A DNA stretch of 64,000 nucleotides. It comes from an uncultured Ruminiclostridium sp. GTDB taxonomy: Bacteria > Bacillota > Clostridia > Oscillospirales > Ruminococcaceae. Below are positions 47,908 through 57,903 of this stretch, in pieces. A program made the translations under genes and the position numbers. The DNA is taken from positions 19,192 to 83,191 of the forward strand of contig CANQXF010000010.1 of the NCBI GenBank assembly GCA_947627695.1, read 5' to 3'. The notes below the pieces were generated by a model that saw only the letters and a list, made by a program, of their open reading frames with translations, made no database searches and was not told where the DNA came from. Within the stretch, counting starts at the first letter, position 1; each line of letters starts with the position of its first letter.

Positions 47908-48927
47908 TCAGAACTGTTTAAGAAATCTTTGGTCATTCTCGTAGAACAGTCTCAAATCGTCCACCTGGTACCTCATCATAGCGATACGCTCAAGCCCGAG
48001 ACCAAAGGCAAAGCCGCTGTATACTTCGGGGTCGATACCGCAGTTTATCAGCACCTCAGGTCGAACCACGCCGCTGCCCAGCATTTCTATCCAGCCCTCG
48101 CCCTTGCAGAGAGGACAGCCCTTGCCGCCGCAGGTGAAGCACTGAAAGTCCATTTCGGCGGAGGGTTCGGTGTAGGGGAAGTGGTGGGGGCGGAAGCGGA
48201 CCTTTACATCATTTCCGTAAAGCCGCTTTGCGAACAGCTCAAGCGTTCCCTTTAAATCCGAAAAAGTTATCCCCTTGTCGACGACAAGCCCCTCGCACTG
48301 GTGGAAAATGGGGCTGTGAGTGGCGTCAACGGCGTCACGCCTGTAAACTCTGCCCGGGCTGAATATGGCGATAGGCGGAGCTTGCTCCAGCATTGTCCTT
48401 ACCTGTATGGAGCTTGTCTGCGTGCGGAGCAGTATGCTGTCTGTTATATAGAAAGTATCCTGCGGGTCACGGGCGGGGTGTCCCTCGTCGGTATTCAGCA
48501 TATCGAAAACGTACTTCGTTTCCTCCACCTCGGGACCGTCAACTACCGAATAGCCCATTCCCCTGAATATATCCTTAAGCTCGTCCATAACGGTGTTAAG
48601 CGGGTGGCGTCTGCCCTGGGAAAAATGCTTTCCCGGAAGAGTCACGTCGACTCTCTCGCTTTTCAGCTTCATTTCTGTCTGGGCGGCTTTGAGCTGCTCG
48701 CGCATATTGGCAATGCCGTTTTCAATGGACTGCCTTACGTCGTTGGCAAGCTGCCCTATCTGGGGACGCTCCTCGGGGGAAAGTCCGCCCATCTGCTTTA
48801 AAATGGCGGTAAGCTCGCCCTTTTTGCCCAACAGCCTGACCTTCAGATCGTCAAGCGCTTTGGTGTCGGACGCATTTTTTATTTCCGCAAGAGCCTTTTC
48901 CTGTATGGTTTTTAGCTGCTCCTTCAT
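47908..48927 (-). CDS. pheS: Phenylalanine--tRNA ligase alpha subunit
   Basis: HPARDPQDTFY, LRTQTS, GRVYRRD, FHQCEGL, RFRPHHFPYTEPS, GFAFGLGLER; promoter TTGCAA-17-TATAAT at 49162-49134. Confidence 0.96.
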   Translation of the reverse strand: MKEQLKTIQEKALAEIKNASDTKALDDLKVRLLGKKGELTAILKQMGGLSPEERPQIGQLANDVRQSIENGIANMREQLKAAQTEMKLKSERVDVTLPGKHFSQGRRHPLNTVMDELKDIFRGMGYSVVDGPEVEETKYVFDMLNTDEGHPARDPQDTFYITDSILLRTQTSSIQVRTMLEQAPPIAIFSPGRVYRRDAVDATHSPIFHQCEGLVVDKGITFSDLKGTLELFAKRLYGNDVKVRFRPHHFPYTEPSAEMDFQCFTCGGKGCPLCKGEGWIEMLGSGVVRPEVLINCGIDPEVYSGFAFGLGLERIAMMRYQVDDLRLFYENDQRFLKQF

Positions 48928-48939
48928 AATAACCTCCGC

Positions 48940-49097
48940 TGATAGTTTATAGTTTACAGTTAATAGTGCATAGTTGTGGTTCATTTCGCCGTTGGCGAAA
49001 TGTTATCTGAATTGTCGGGTGGGAATTTGTGGGTTTGATGTTGATTATCCTGCGGGTGGAATTGACATTGTCAACTGTCAATTTTCCATTGTCAACT
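48940..49097. repeat. Degenerate family A cassette in pheS 5' leader
   Basis: Heptamer arrays at both ends; ends AACTATCAGCGGAGG on the coding strand. Confidence 0.75.
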
Positions 49098-49333
49098 GTT
49101 TTTGTGCATACCACTCTATTTTATATCTTACCTATTATAGCACAAGTGGGGGAAAGTTGCAAGAGGAAACGGGAAATTTTCATAATAAGGCTAATGTCAA
49201 AGTTTTTTGAAAATTCTTAAGAAACTTTTTTCCAAAAAAGTTTCTTAAGCCTGCGGAGCATTGGGCGAAGCCCAAAATAAATTTCCCCGCCTGAAAACGG
49301 CGGGGAAATTATTTTTATTAACTCTTTCTCAAG

Positions 49334-51268
49334 TTACTCAAGTTCAAACGCACCTGTATACAAGCTGTAATACTGTCCCTTTTCCTCAATCAGCTTCTCA
49401 TGGCTGCCACGCTCGATAATGCGACCGTGGTCAAGCACCATAATAACATCTGAGTTCTTTACAGTAGAAAGCCTGTGCGCGATGACGAACACCGTTCTTC
49501 CTTTCATCAGAGCGTCCATTCCACGCTGAACGATAGCCTCCGTTCTGGTATCTATGGAGGAGGTCGCCTCGTCGAGTATCATAACGGGCGGGTCTGCTAC
49601 CGCCGCCCTTGCGATTGCGATAAGCTGGCGCTGACCTTGTGACAGGCTTGCGCCGTTGTTGGAAAGCTGGGTGTTGTAACCGTCGGGAAGTCGGGTTATA
49701 AAGCTGTCCGCACCCGCTAACTTCGCCGCATTTATGCACTCCTCGTCAGTGGCGTCCAGCTTGCCGTAGCGGATATTGTCCATTACCGTACCTGTAAACA
49801 GATTGGTGTCCTGCAAAACTATGCCCAGCGACCGCCTCAGATCCGCTTTCTTTATCTTGTTAATGTTTATGCCGTCGTAGCGTATTTTGCCGTCGTCAAT
49901 GTCGTAGAAACGGTTGATAAGGTTGGTTATAGTGGTCTTTCCTGCGCCTGTCGCGCCAACGAACGCCACCTTCTGCCCCGGTTCGGCGTAAAGCGTTACG
50001 TTGTGCAGCACTATCTTGTCCTCAACATAGCCGAAATCCACGTCGAACAGTCTTACGTCCCCTGTCAGCTTTGTGTAGGTAACGGTGCCCTGCTCGCTGT
50101 GAGGGTGCTTCCAAGCCCAGATACCCGTTCTCTCCTCACATTCAACAAGCTGTCCGTTTTCTTCCTTTGCATTCACAAGGGTAACGTAGCCCTCATCCAC
50201 CTCGGGCTCCTGATCCATAAGGTCGAAAATTCTCTCTGCGCCCGCAAGACCCATTACAACGGAGTTTATCTGGAACGATACCTGACCGATGTTGCCTGCG
50301 AACTGCTTTGTCATATTAAGGAAAGGAACAGTGACGCTGAGGCTGAATGCAAGCCCCGAAATGCTCAGGTTGGGAACGCCAGCGATAATGAAGAAGCCGC
50401 CTACAAGCGCGATCACAACGTACAGAATATTTCCTATGTTGTTCAGCACGGGTCCTAAAATGTTGGAGTAGGAGTTCGCCTTTTCGGAATCGGCACAAAG
50501 CTGGTCGTTCAACCTGTCGAACTGCTCCTTGCACTCGTCCTCGTGGCAGAATACCTTGACTACCTTCTGACCGTTCATTATCTCTTCAATGTAGCCCTCG
50601 GTCTTACCAAGGGATTTTTGCTGCTTGATGAAGTATTTGGCGGAGCCGCCGCCGTATTTTTTTGTGATGAACAGCATTACCGCAGTTCCCGCAAATACCA
50701 CCAAAGTCAGCCATACGCTGTAATAGAGCATTATGCACACTACCACAGTCACGGTTATGGCAGTGACCAGCAGCTGAGGCAGGCTTTGTGAAACAAGCTG
50801 ACGGAGAGTGTCTATATCGTTTGTGTAAACGCTCATCACGTCGCCGTGGTTGTGTGTGTCAAAATACTTTATGGGCAAGGACTGCATTTTCTTGAACATC
50901 TTTACACGCAGCTTTGCCAGTATGCCCTGGGTTATGGTCGCGCCCATCTGGTTGAAGATGATCGCCGCTATCAAAGACAAAACGTACAGCACTGCCAGTA
51001 TCGTAACGTATTGCAGTATCTGTCCGCCTGCCGCCGCCCAGTCGCCGCTTTCCCAGTTTTCCTCGATAACGGCGATTATGTTCTGCATAAATACCGAGGG
51101 AATGGAGCTTATGGCGGCGTTGAAGATTATGCAAAACAGCATAAGGGGCAGTCTTACGGGGTAAAACTCGAACATAGTCTTGATGACTCTGCCAATAACG
51201 CCTTTTTTCGGCTTGATGGAGGGGGCGCGCATCTGCTTTTGTCCGGGACCCATTTTCATATTAGCCAT
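49334..51268 (-). CDS. ABC exporter, fused permease/ATPase (heterodimer subunit 2)
   Basis: TM domain + GATGAGKTT, LSQGQRQ, LDEATSSID. Confidence 0.92.
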   Translation of the reverse strand: MANMKMGPGQKQMRAPSIKPKKGVIGRVIKTMFEFYPVRLPLMLFCIIFNAAISSIPSVFMQNIIAVIEENWESGDWAAAGGQILQYVTILAVLYVLSLIAAIIFNQMGATITQGILAKLRVKMFKKMQSLPIKYFDTHNHGDVMSVYTNDIDTLRQLVSQSLPQLLVTAITVTVVVCIMLYYSVWLTLVVFAGTAVMLFITKKYGGGSAKYFIKQQKSLGKTEGYIEEIMNGQKVVKVFCHEDECKEQFDRLNDQLCADSEKANSYSNILGPVLNNIGNILYVVIALVGGFFIIAGVPNLSISGLAFSLSVTVPFLNMTKQFAGNIGQVSFQINSVVMGLAGAERIFDLMDQEPEVDEGYVTLVNAKEENGQLVECEERTGIWAWKHPHSEQGTVTYTKLTGDVRLFDVDFGYVEDKIVLHNVTLYAEPGQKVAFVGATGAGKTTITNLINRFYDIDDGKIRYDGININKIKKADLRRSLGIVLQDTNLFTGTVMDNIRYGKLDATDEECINAAKLAGADSFITRLPDGYNTQLSNNGASLSQGQRQLIAIARAAVADPPVMILDEATSSIDTRTEAIVQRGMDALMKGRTVFVIAHRLSTVKNSDVIMVLDHGRIIERGSHEKLIEEKGQYYSLYTGAFELE

Positions 51269-53006
51269 TCAGCTCACCTGCCTTTTCGTCGCTGTCCGCC
51301 TTGTTCTGGGAAACGTAGACCTCACGGTAGATAGCGTTGCTCTTCATAAGCTCGTCATGGGTGCCTACGGCGTTTATCCTGCCGTTGTCCATAACGATTA
51401 TCCTGTCCGCCTCTTCAACGGAGGAGGTGCGCTGAGCGATTATTATTTTAGTGGTGTCGGGCATAAATTTCTTCATACCCTGCCTAATCATAGCGTCAGT
51501 CTTGGTGTCAACGGCGCTGGTGGAGTCGTCGAGAATGAGTATCTTAGGCTTTTTGAGCAAGGCTCTTGCGATACACAGCCTTTGCTTTTGTCCGCCTGAA
51601 ACGTTGGTACCGCCCTGCTCTATGTAGGTGTCGTAGCCGTCGGGGAAGGAGGACACAAATTCGTCCGCCTGGGCTATCTTGCAGGCTTCCACAAGCTCCT
51701 CGTCAGTCGCCTCCTTGTTGCCCCAGCGGAGATTTTCCTTTATCGTGCCGCTGAAAAGCACATTTTTCTGGAGCACTACCGCAACCTGATTTCTCAGGGA
51801 GTCGATGTCGTATTCCTTAACGTTCCTGCCGCCAACCTTGACCTCGCCCTCCGTCGCGTCGTAAAGACGGGAGATGAGCTGGATAAGGGTGGATTTTGAA
51901 GAGCCCGTGCCGCCGATTATGCCTATTGTCTCGCCCGACCTGATGTGCAGGTCTATGTCGGACAAGGCGGGCTTTTCAGAGCGTGAGGCGTAGCTGAAGC
52001 TGACGTTCTCGAAATCTATGGAGCCGTCCTTTACTTCGTGTACGGCGTTTTCGGGGGAAGTCAGTGTGCTTTGCGCGGTTATTACCTCGGTGATACGCCT
52101 TGAGGACTCAGCCGCCATAGTTATCATAACGAATATCATAGATACCATCATCAGGCTGTTGAGTATCTGGAAGCTGTATGTAAGCAAAGCGGAAAGCTGA
52201 CCTACCTGTAATTCCGCACCTGTGGTGGAAATTACCAGATAAGAGCCGAAGGACAGCACGAACACCATTACCGTGTAAAGGCAGAACTGCATCATAGGAC
52301 CGTTGAACGCCAGTATCTTTTCAGCCCTGGTGAAGTCCCTGCGCACGTCCTCGGCGGCGGCGGTGAACTTTTCGCTCTCGTAATCCTCACGGACGAAGGC
52401 TTTCACCACACGCATACCGTTTATGTTTTCCTGAATGGAGCTGTTGATGTTGTCGTATTTTTTGAATACCCGCTTGAAAAGGGGCATTGTCTTTTTGATG
52501 ATAACGAACAGACCTGTTCCCAGCAGGGGCAGCAGCACCACAAAGATCCACGCCATTTTTCCTCCCATGACGAATGCCATAACAAAGGAAAAGATGAGCA
52601 TGAACGGGCAGCGCACCGCCGTTCTGATTATCATCATAAACGCCATCTGCACGTTGGTGACGTCGGTAGTAAGACGTGTCACCAGCGAGGAGGTGGAAAA
52701 GGCGTCGATGTTTTCAAAGGAAAATCCCTGTATCCTGTAAAACATATCCTTTCGCAGATTTCTGGCAAAGCCTGCGGACGCAGTAGCGCAGGTGCGCCCC
52801 GCCCAGGTGCCGAAGGTGAGGGAAACCAGCGCCATTACCACCAGAATAGCGCCGTACATAGCTATCTCTCCAAATTCGCAGCCTGCCTGTATGCGGTTTA
52901 TGAGTTGTGCGGTGATGAACGGGATTATACATTCCATAACCACTTCAACGGAAACCAGAATAGGCGTCATAACAGTGGGCTTTTTGTACTCCCTTATGGA
53001 CGCCAT
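51261..53006 (-). CDS. ABC exporter, fused permease/ATPase (heterodimer subunit 1, degenerate site)
   Basis: GGTGSSKST, VSGGQKQR, LDDSTSAVD; start may be ATT at 53072. Confidence 0.92.
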   Translation of the reverse strand: MASIREYKKPTVMTPILVSVEVVMECIIPFITAQLINRIQAGCEFGEIAMYGAILVVMALVSLTFGTWAGRTCATASAGFARNLRKDMFYRIQGFSFENIDAFSTSSLVTRLTTDVTNVQMAFMMIIRTAVRCPFMLIFSFVMAFVMGGKMAWIFVVLLPLLGTGLFVIIKKTMPLFKRVFKKYDNINSSIQENINGMRVVKAFVREDYESEKFTAAAEDVRRDFTRAEKILAFNGPMMQFCLYTVMVFVLSFGSYLVISTTGAELQVGQLSALLTYSFQILNSLMMVSMIFVMITMAAESSRRITEVITAQSTLTSPENAVHEVKDGSIDFENVSFSYASRSEKPALSDIDLHIRSGETIGIIGGTGSSKSTLIQLISRLYDATEGEVKVGGRNVKEYDIDSLRNQVAVVLQKNVLFSGTIKENLRWGNKEATDEELVEACKIAQADEFVSSFPDGYDTYIEQGGTNVSGGQKQRLCIARALLKKPKILILDDSTSAVDTKTDAMIRQGMKKFMPDTTKIIIAQRTSSVEEADRIIVMDNGRINAVGTHDELMKSNAIYREVYVSQNKADSDEKAGELNG

Positions 53007-53223
53007 AAGGGTCTTTATCGCACCGCGGCTGATCTTTTCCTGCGTTTCTTTTTTCTCTTTTACGCTGTTAATAGTCGTTTCCTCCGTTTCTTCCTATTTT
53101 ATTCCTATCCTTTAATTATAAGATAAAAAATTTTTATTGTCAACAGATGTCACAAAGTTTTCATTTTTCTGTTGTGATAAAGGGAAGGTGGGGCGCTGAG
53201 AGGGTGTTGTGCAAGCGGCAAAC

Positions 53224-53662
53224 AAGTTGACAGTGTACAGTTGACAGTTGACAGTTGTGGAGTTTTCGCCTTTGGCGAAAACGGATTTGGAATGACGGGT
53301 GCTTGTTTGTGCGTATGCGCTGAAAAGTATGTTGTGCTGAATGATTTGATTTTTCAGTGTACCTTTTTACAAAACTGCTGCTTGTCAGGGGCGGCGAAGC
53401 CGCACTTGCCCGCTTTGCGGGCAAGTGACAGCCTGCTTCGCAGGCTGTCCGACGCCTTCGGCGTCGGCGGCTTCGCCGCGCACAACGCCCTCTCATCGCC
53501 GCCACCCTCCCTTTATCACAACAGAAAAACAAAAAACGTTTTGGTTCCGCTTCGCGGACGGATTTGAAATGACAGGTAAAAATTTGCAGGCGGCAATCCA
53601 AATCCGTTTTCGCCAAAGGCGAAAACTTCACAACTGTCAACTGTACACTGTACACTGTCAAC
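53224..53662. repeat. Composite intergenic repeat (family A + family B)
   Basis: GTTGACA-GTGTACA-GTTGACA...CCACAAC-TGTCAAC-TGTACAC; family B copy at 53378-53486. Confidence 0.85.
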
Positions 53663-53695
53663 TAACAAAAAGGGCTCGAAGAGCCCTTTTTGTTA

Positions 53696-53893
53696 CTATT
53701 GCCATTGCGTTTTATCCAGTTCCGCCACGAATTTTTCCATTTCCGCCTTTGAGCGGAGGGTATGCGTGCGGTCGATTATCTCCCGCCTGTGAGCGGGGGT
53801 CAGCGAGGAAAAATATTCCATTGCGGAATGATTTTTCGCCAGCGCTATCCCAAATCCCAGAGGCAGTTCGTTTTCGTCGTCGTGTGTAAGCAT
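53696..53893 (-). CDS. Small conserved clostridial protein (YdeI/OmpD-associated-like)
   Basis: 65 aa; ELPLGFGIALAKN...FSSLT...SKAEM; RBS AGGAG; terminator at 53664-53692. Confidence 0.6.
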   Translation of the reverse strand: MLTHDDENELPLGFGIALAKNHSAMEYFSSLTPAHRREIIDRTHTLRSKAEMEKFVAELDKTQWQ

Positions 53894-53973
53894 TGTTTTC
53901 TCCTTTTTGCGTTTTTTCCGCTGAATTTATTTTCCGCAGAAAAGGAGACCATATTAAAGGAAATTTTTGCAAA

Positions 53974-55383
53974 TCACTTTTTTGCTTCGGTTTTTTCAGC
54001 TTCGGCGTGTCTGTGCTTGTGCTTTGTAAAATGGCGGCGCAGGAAGCCGTGCTTCGTCTGTTTTTGGAGCATTTCCTGCTCCTCCTTCACCTGTTTGTCC
54101 CTGTTCATCTCGTAAAGGGAGATAAGCTCGCCGGTGTCCTCGTCAACGTACGCCACCTTGCGGTAAACGTTGGAGTCGGAGGGAAGTCCCTTGTTCTCCA
54201 GCTTCATTCCCACTCTTGCCCTGAGTATGGAGTAAATAACGGCGAACAGCGGTATTCCCACGATAAGACCGATAAAGCCGAATATCCCCTGCCCCACCAG
54301 AAGCGCAAAGATTATCCAGAAGCTGGAAAGTCCCGTGGATTCTCCCAGTACCTTGGGACCTATAACGTTTCCGTCAAGCTGTTGAACGACTATGACCACT
54401 ATGATGAAGTACAGGCAGTACAGCGGGTCCTCCAGCAGTATCAGCAGTGCGCAGGGAACTGCGCCTATGATAGGACCGAAAACGGGGATTATGTTGAACA
54501 CGCCCATAACCACGCTGCAAAGCATTGCGTAAGGGAAGTTGAACAGGCTCAGTATAATGAAGAACAGTATCATTATGATAAGGCTGTCGATTATCTTTCC
54601 CGACAGAAAGCCGCCGAAGGTGCGGTGAATGGTGCGCATATTGCGGATAACGGCGTTCCCGTATCTTGGGGCGGTAAGGCTGTAAAGCGCCTTTTTAAGC
54701 TGTGCGGCGAAAAGCTCCTTGCTGTAAAGGAAGTAAACGGCGATGACGATGCCGAAAAATACGTTCAAAAATACCTGAACCACTGACATAATGCCTGTTG
54801 AGAATGTGACGATTATCTCCGACATCTGAGGCATAAGGGTGTCCGTCAGCCAGTCGGTGAAGCTGGAGGAAACGGTGCTGAGAGCGTCGTTCACCCACTT
54901 TTGCACGTCGGGATAGCTGGCAAGCTGTTGATTTGCCCAGCCTGTCACGCCGTCAACGTAGCCCTGCATATTGTTCGCCAGCTTTTGCAGTGTGGTGAAA
55001 AGCTGAGGCAGTATGATGAGCATCATACCCGCCACCACCACGAACAAGGTCAGCATAGAAAATACCACGCCGAAAATGCGGGCGTTTCTCTTGTCCTTTA
55101 TCATCACCTCGTTGCCGTAGCCGTGGGTGGGGTCATTTTTCGCCCTGCGGCGCATACACAGCTTCATATATACGTTTTTCTCAAAAAAGTTCTCCACGGG
55201 ATTCAGCAGGTATGCAATTGCAAAGCCGTAAATGATAGGCGACAGCACCGCCATAGCCTTGTCGAAAAAGCCGCCTACGTTTATGTCCCCTGTGACTATG
55301 CCGTTGAATATCTCCACCGCCACAAGCACGCAGAAAGCGGTTATTCCCCAGTAAAGATACTTTTTATCCCATTTATACTTCAT
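53974..55383 (-). CDS. AI-2E family transporter
   Basis: ATG 55383; PIIYGFAIAYLLNP, FLSGKIIDS, NIIPVFGPIIG, QQLDGNVIGPKVLG. Confidence 0.88.
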   Translation of the reverse strand: MKYKWDKKYLYWGITAFCVLVAVEIFNGIVTGDINVGGFFDKAMAVLSPIIYGFAIAYLLNPVENFFEKNVYMKLCMRRRAKNDPTHGYGNEVMIKDKRNARIFGVVFSMLTLFVVVAGMMLIILPQLFTTLQKLANNMQGYVDGVTGWANQQLASYPDVQKWVNDALSTVSSSFTDWLTDTLMPQMSEIIVTFSTGIMSVVQVFLNVFFGIVIAVYFLYSKELFAAQLKKALYSLTAPRYGNAVIRNMRTIHRTFGGFLSGKIIDSLIIMILFFIILSLFNFPYAMLCSVVMGVFNIIPVFGPIIGAVPCALLILLEDPLYCLYFIIVVIVVQQLDGNVIGPKVLGESTGLSSFWIIFALLVGQGIFGFIGLIVGIPLFAVIYSILRARVGMKLENKGLPSDSNVYRKVAYVDEDTGELISLYEMNRDKQVKEEQEMLQKQTKHGFLRRHFTKHKHRHAEAEKTEAKK

Positions 55384-55395
55384 AAAACCCCCGAT

Positions 55396-55700
55396 GACAG
55401 TTGACAGTGTACAGTTGACAGTTGACAGTTGTGGAGCGGCTGCGCCGCGGATTTGGAATGACAGGTACAAATTCGCAGGCGGCAATCCAAATTCGTTTTC
55501 GCCAAAGGCGAAAACTCCACAACTGTGTATTGTGCACTGTGCACTGTGAACTTTTATTGTGTCCGTTGCGCGGACGGATTTGAAATGACAGGTACAAATT
55601 CGCAGGCGGCAATCCAAATCCGTTTTCGCCAAAGGCGAAAACTCCACAACTGTGTACTTTTCACTTTGCACTGTGCACTTTTATTGTGTTCGCTTCGCGG
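55396..55700. repeat. Two tandem family A cassettes upstream of AI-2E gene
   Basis: Direct duplication of GGATTTG(G)AATGACAGGTACAAATTCGCAGGCGGCAATCCAAAT(T/C)CGTTTTCGCCAAAGGCGAAAACTCCACAACTGTG. Confidence 0.85.
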
Positions 55701-55905
55701 ACGGATTTAAAAATGGCATATTTATACATTATTATTATATCTCTATTTCCTGCCGATGTCAATAAAAAATAAAGTGATTTTCGAAAATTTGACTTTGTCA
55801 GTTAAATGCGTGTATAAGGGCTTTGACAAGAGCAACGTCAACAAGGAAAATTAAGTGTAGCTAAAGAAATTCCCCTCTGTATTTCAGAGGGGAAACGGTT
55901 GCTTT

Positions 55906-56913
55906 TTAATTCAATTCAGAAAAGAGCTGTTGATTTATGTCGAAATATTTCTGAAGAAGCGGCATTGAGTTCACTTTTACATTAACGTATTTTTCAACGT
56001 CCTGTGCGATAGCGGCCGCTTCGTTCAGTATTTCATCTGATGTGTGCTGATTCAGTTGATATGTTTCATATAAGGCGTATGCTCCTCTTGCACCGTTAAA
56101 GTCGCTCACTCTGTTCGTTTCAAAAAGCTCTGCCATATACAAAAGTGCGGAAGCGTTGCGGTATTTGGGATATATCAGACCGTTTGCATACAGCTTTTCC
56201 GACAGGCTTTTCAGTTTGTCCAGTTCAGGCGGTATTTTTGAAATAACTCTCAATATTCTCGCTTTTTTTATCGACACAATCTTTGCTCGTGCCTTGTTTG
56301 CCTTGCAATGCCTTTTGAATTGCCTTTTTGCTTTTCCGTACCTTATTCGTTGGATTATTATTTTACTGAAAGAGATAGCTCCGCTTACAAGGATAACAGC
56401 TACAGCGCCACCGAATAATCTGTCCTGTACGGTGGCGGCAATGCCGTTTTGTACTATTGAAGCAATGAGGATATAAAGCCAGAATCCGAACATTATAAAC
56501 GCTCCGGCCCTTAAAGACAGCCATATGCACCCACCTGAAATTTTGTAATCGCTGTATATCGGCTTGTCCCATTCCGAGTCGATATAGTGGTCTGCCGTCA
56601 AATCTTCAGACATAGATTCAAGCATTCTCTTGACGCTGTAACCTATTTCCTTCTGCTTTTCAACAGCTCCGCAGGCTTTCAGATAATCTGTGGTCTTACT
56701 ACGGTCTAAATTATTCTCTTTTGCTATTGGGTGAATAGCAGTATCTTCAACTGCTTTTTCAAAATAAATGACTTGTTCTTCCCTTTGCGCTCTATTCATG
56801 GCGTTCCATGCATTACCTGCGTCACACAGCCTTTTTACAAGTTCTTCAGCTGTTTCTTCATTGTCATCATTTTCAAATTCGTTCGTTTCAATTTTTTTGT
56901 CATCTAACGACAT
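55906..56913 (-). CDS. Hypothetical membrane protein (AT-rich islet)
   Basis: 335 aa, two TM segments; IYPKYRN...ETNRVSDFNGARGAYALYE. Confidence 0.65.
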   Translation of the reverse strand: MSLDDKKIETNEFENDDNEETAEELVKRLCDAGNAWNAMNRAQREEQVIYFEKAVEDTAIHPIAKENNLDRSKTTDYLKACGAVEKQKEIGYSVKRMLESMSEDLTADHYIDSEWDKPIYSDYKISGGCIWLSLRAGAFIMFGFWLYILIASIVQNGIAATVQDRLFGGAVAVILVSGAISFSKIIIQRIRYGKAKRQFKRHCKANKARAKIVSIKKARILRVISKIPPELDKLKSLSEKLYANGLIYPKYRNASALLYMAELFETNRVSDFNGARGAYALYETYQLNQHTSDEILNEAAAIAQDVEKYVNVKVNSMPLLQKYFDINQQLFSELN

Positions 56914-57041
56914 AACGATTATCCTTTCTTCCTATGCTTGATATACATCAAGCCTTGTTCGCAGCTTCCGAGTTCTGTTGTTACGTAAAATCCTGTGCCA
57001 AAATCAAATTTTTATGATATATTTCAAAGGATAAACAGTTA

Positions 57042-57473
57042 TCATAAAGCATCGTCTTCCTTGATTAAATCAATAGCGGTTTTTACGCTGACAGTATGCA
57101 AAACATCATATTCGTTTATGATTTTGCGAATGTTATAATTTGCGGATATTTCTTTACCGGTTATGCCTTCGGTAACGATCCAATAAGCTGTTACATATCC
57201 AAACCAATACATTTCTTCTTTGAAAAATATGCTTTGTTTATTGACGGTTGGCAGATCCTCTCTGTATTCATCTTCAAAAGCAAGCAAAATATAGGTTTTT
57301 GATTGCGAACATAATGCGACATCAAATTCCAATGTTTTTTGACAAACATCAGACGTAAGCCATTTTTCCGCAAACGAATACGGCTCATATCCTCTGTTTT
57401 CTACTGCATATTCAAATATTTCCGCCACTTTTTCGATCAAAGCCAATTCTACGTATCCTATATCGCTCTCCAT
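57042..57473 (-). CDS. Hypothetical protein resembling DUF3990-associated partner proteins
   Basis: 143 aa; IFEYAV, YWFGYVTAYW, YDVLHT pattern (recognition only). Confidence 0.5.
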   Translation of the reverse strand: MESDIGYVELALIEKVAEIFEYAVENRGYEPYSFAEKWLTSDVCQKTLEFDVALCSQSKTYILLAFEDEYREDLPTVNKQSIFFKEEMYWFGYVTAYWIVTEGITGKEISANYNIRKIINEYDVLHTVSVKTAIDLIKEDDAL

Positions 57474-57726
57474 ACTCTATCCGATTATCCTTTCAGAATT
57501 ATTCGCTCTTTATGGAATATTGTACACTTTTTTGCAATATATGTCAACCTTATTTGTAGTCAACATAATTAAAAAATGTATTGCAGACGAAATCGCATCG
57601 CCTTTTAAGCAGTTTTTAGATTATCTCATAAGCGATATTTAAATTATAATGTCTTTTATTACCCCTGTCAAGCGCGGTTTTTATAAGTGTCCTATTTTTG
57701 GGACTGCAAATCAAAAAACATTATTT

Positions 57727-57770
57727 TAAAAAATCTGACAGCTTCTTTACGGGAGCTGTCAGATTTTTTA
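57727..57770. terminator. Bidirectional terminator-like hairpin downstream of valS
   Basis: AAAAAATCTGACAGCT...AGCTGTCAGATTTTTT. Confidence 0.7.
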
Positions 57771-57903
57771 TTGTTTTTGGAATATCAAACGTCAACTGAT
57801 ATCGCGCCTCTATCCCGACAGTATACTGTGCAATATGCCCGTCCTGTCTGCGGTCGGCGCGGGTGAAGGTCGTCTTTGGGCGACAATATTCCGTACCTTG
57901 CCG

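Noticed and set aside
57780-57900. Lysine riboswitch suggested by ATAGAGGCGCGAT on the minus strand
   Set aside because: Following conserved elements (GAGTA, long P2/P3) are absent, a terminator follows, and the downstream gene is unrelated
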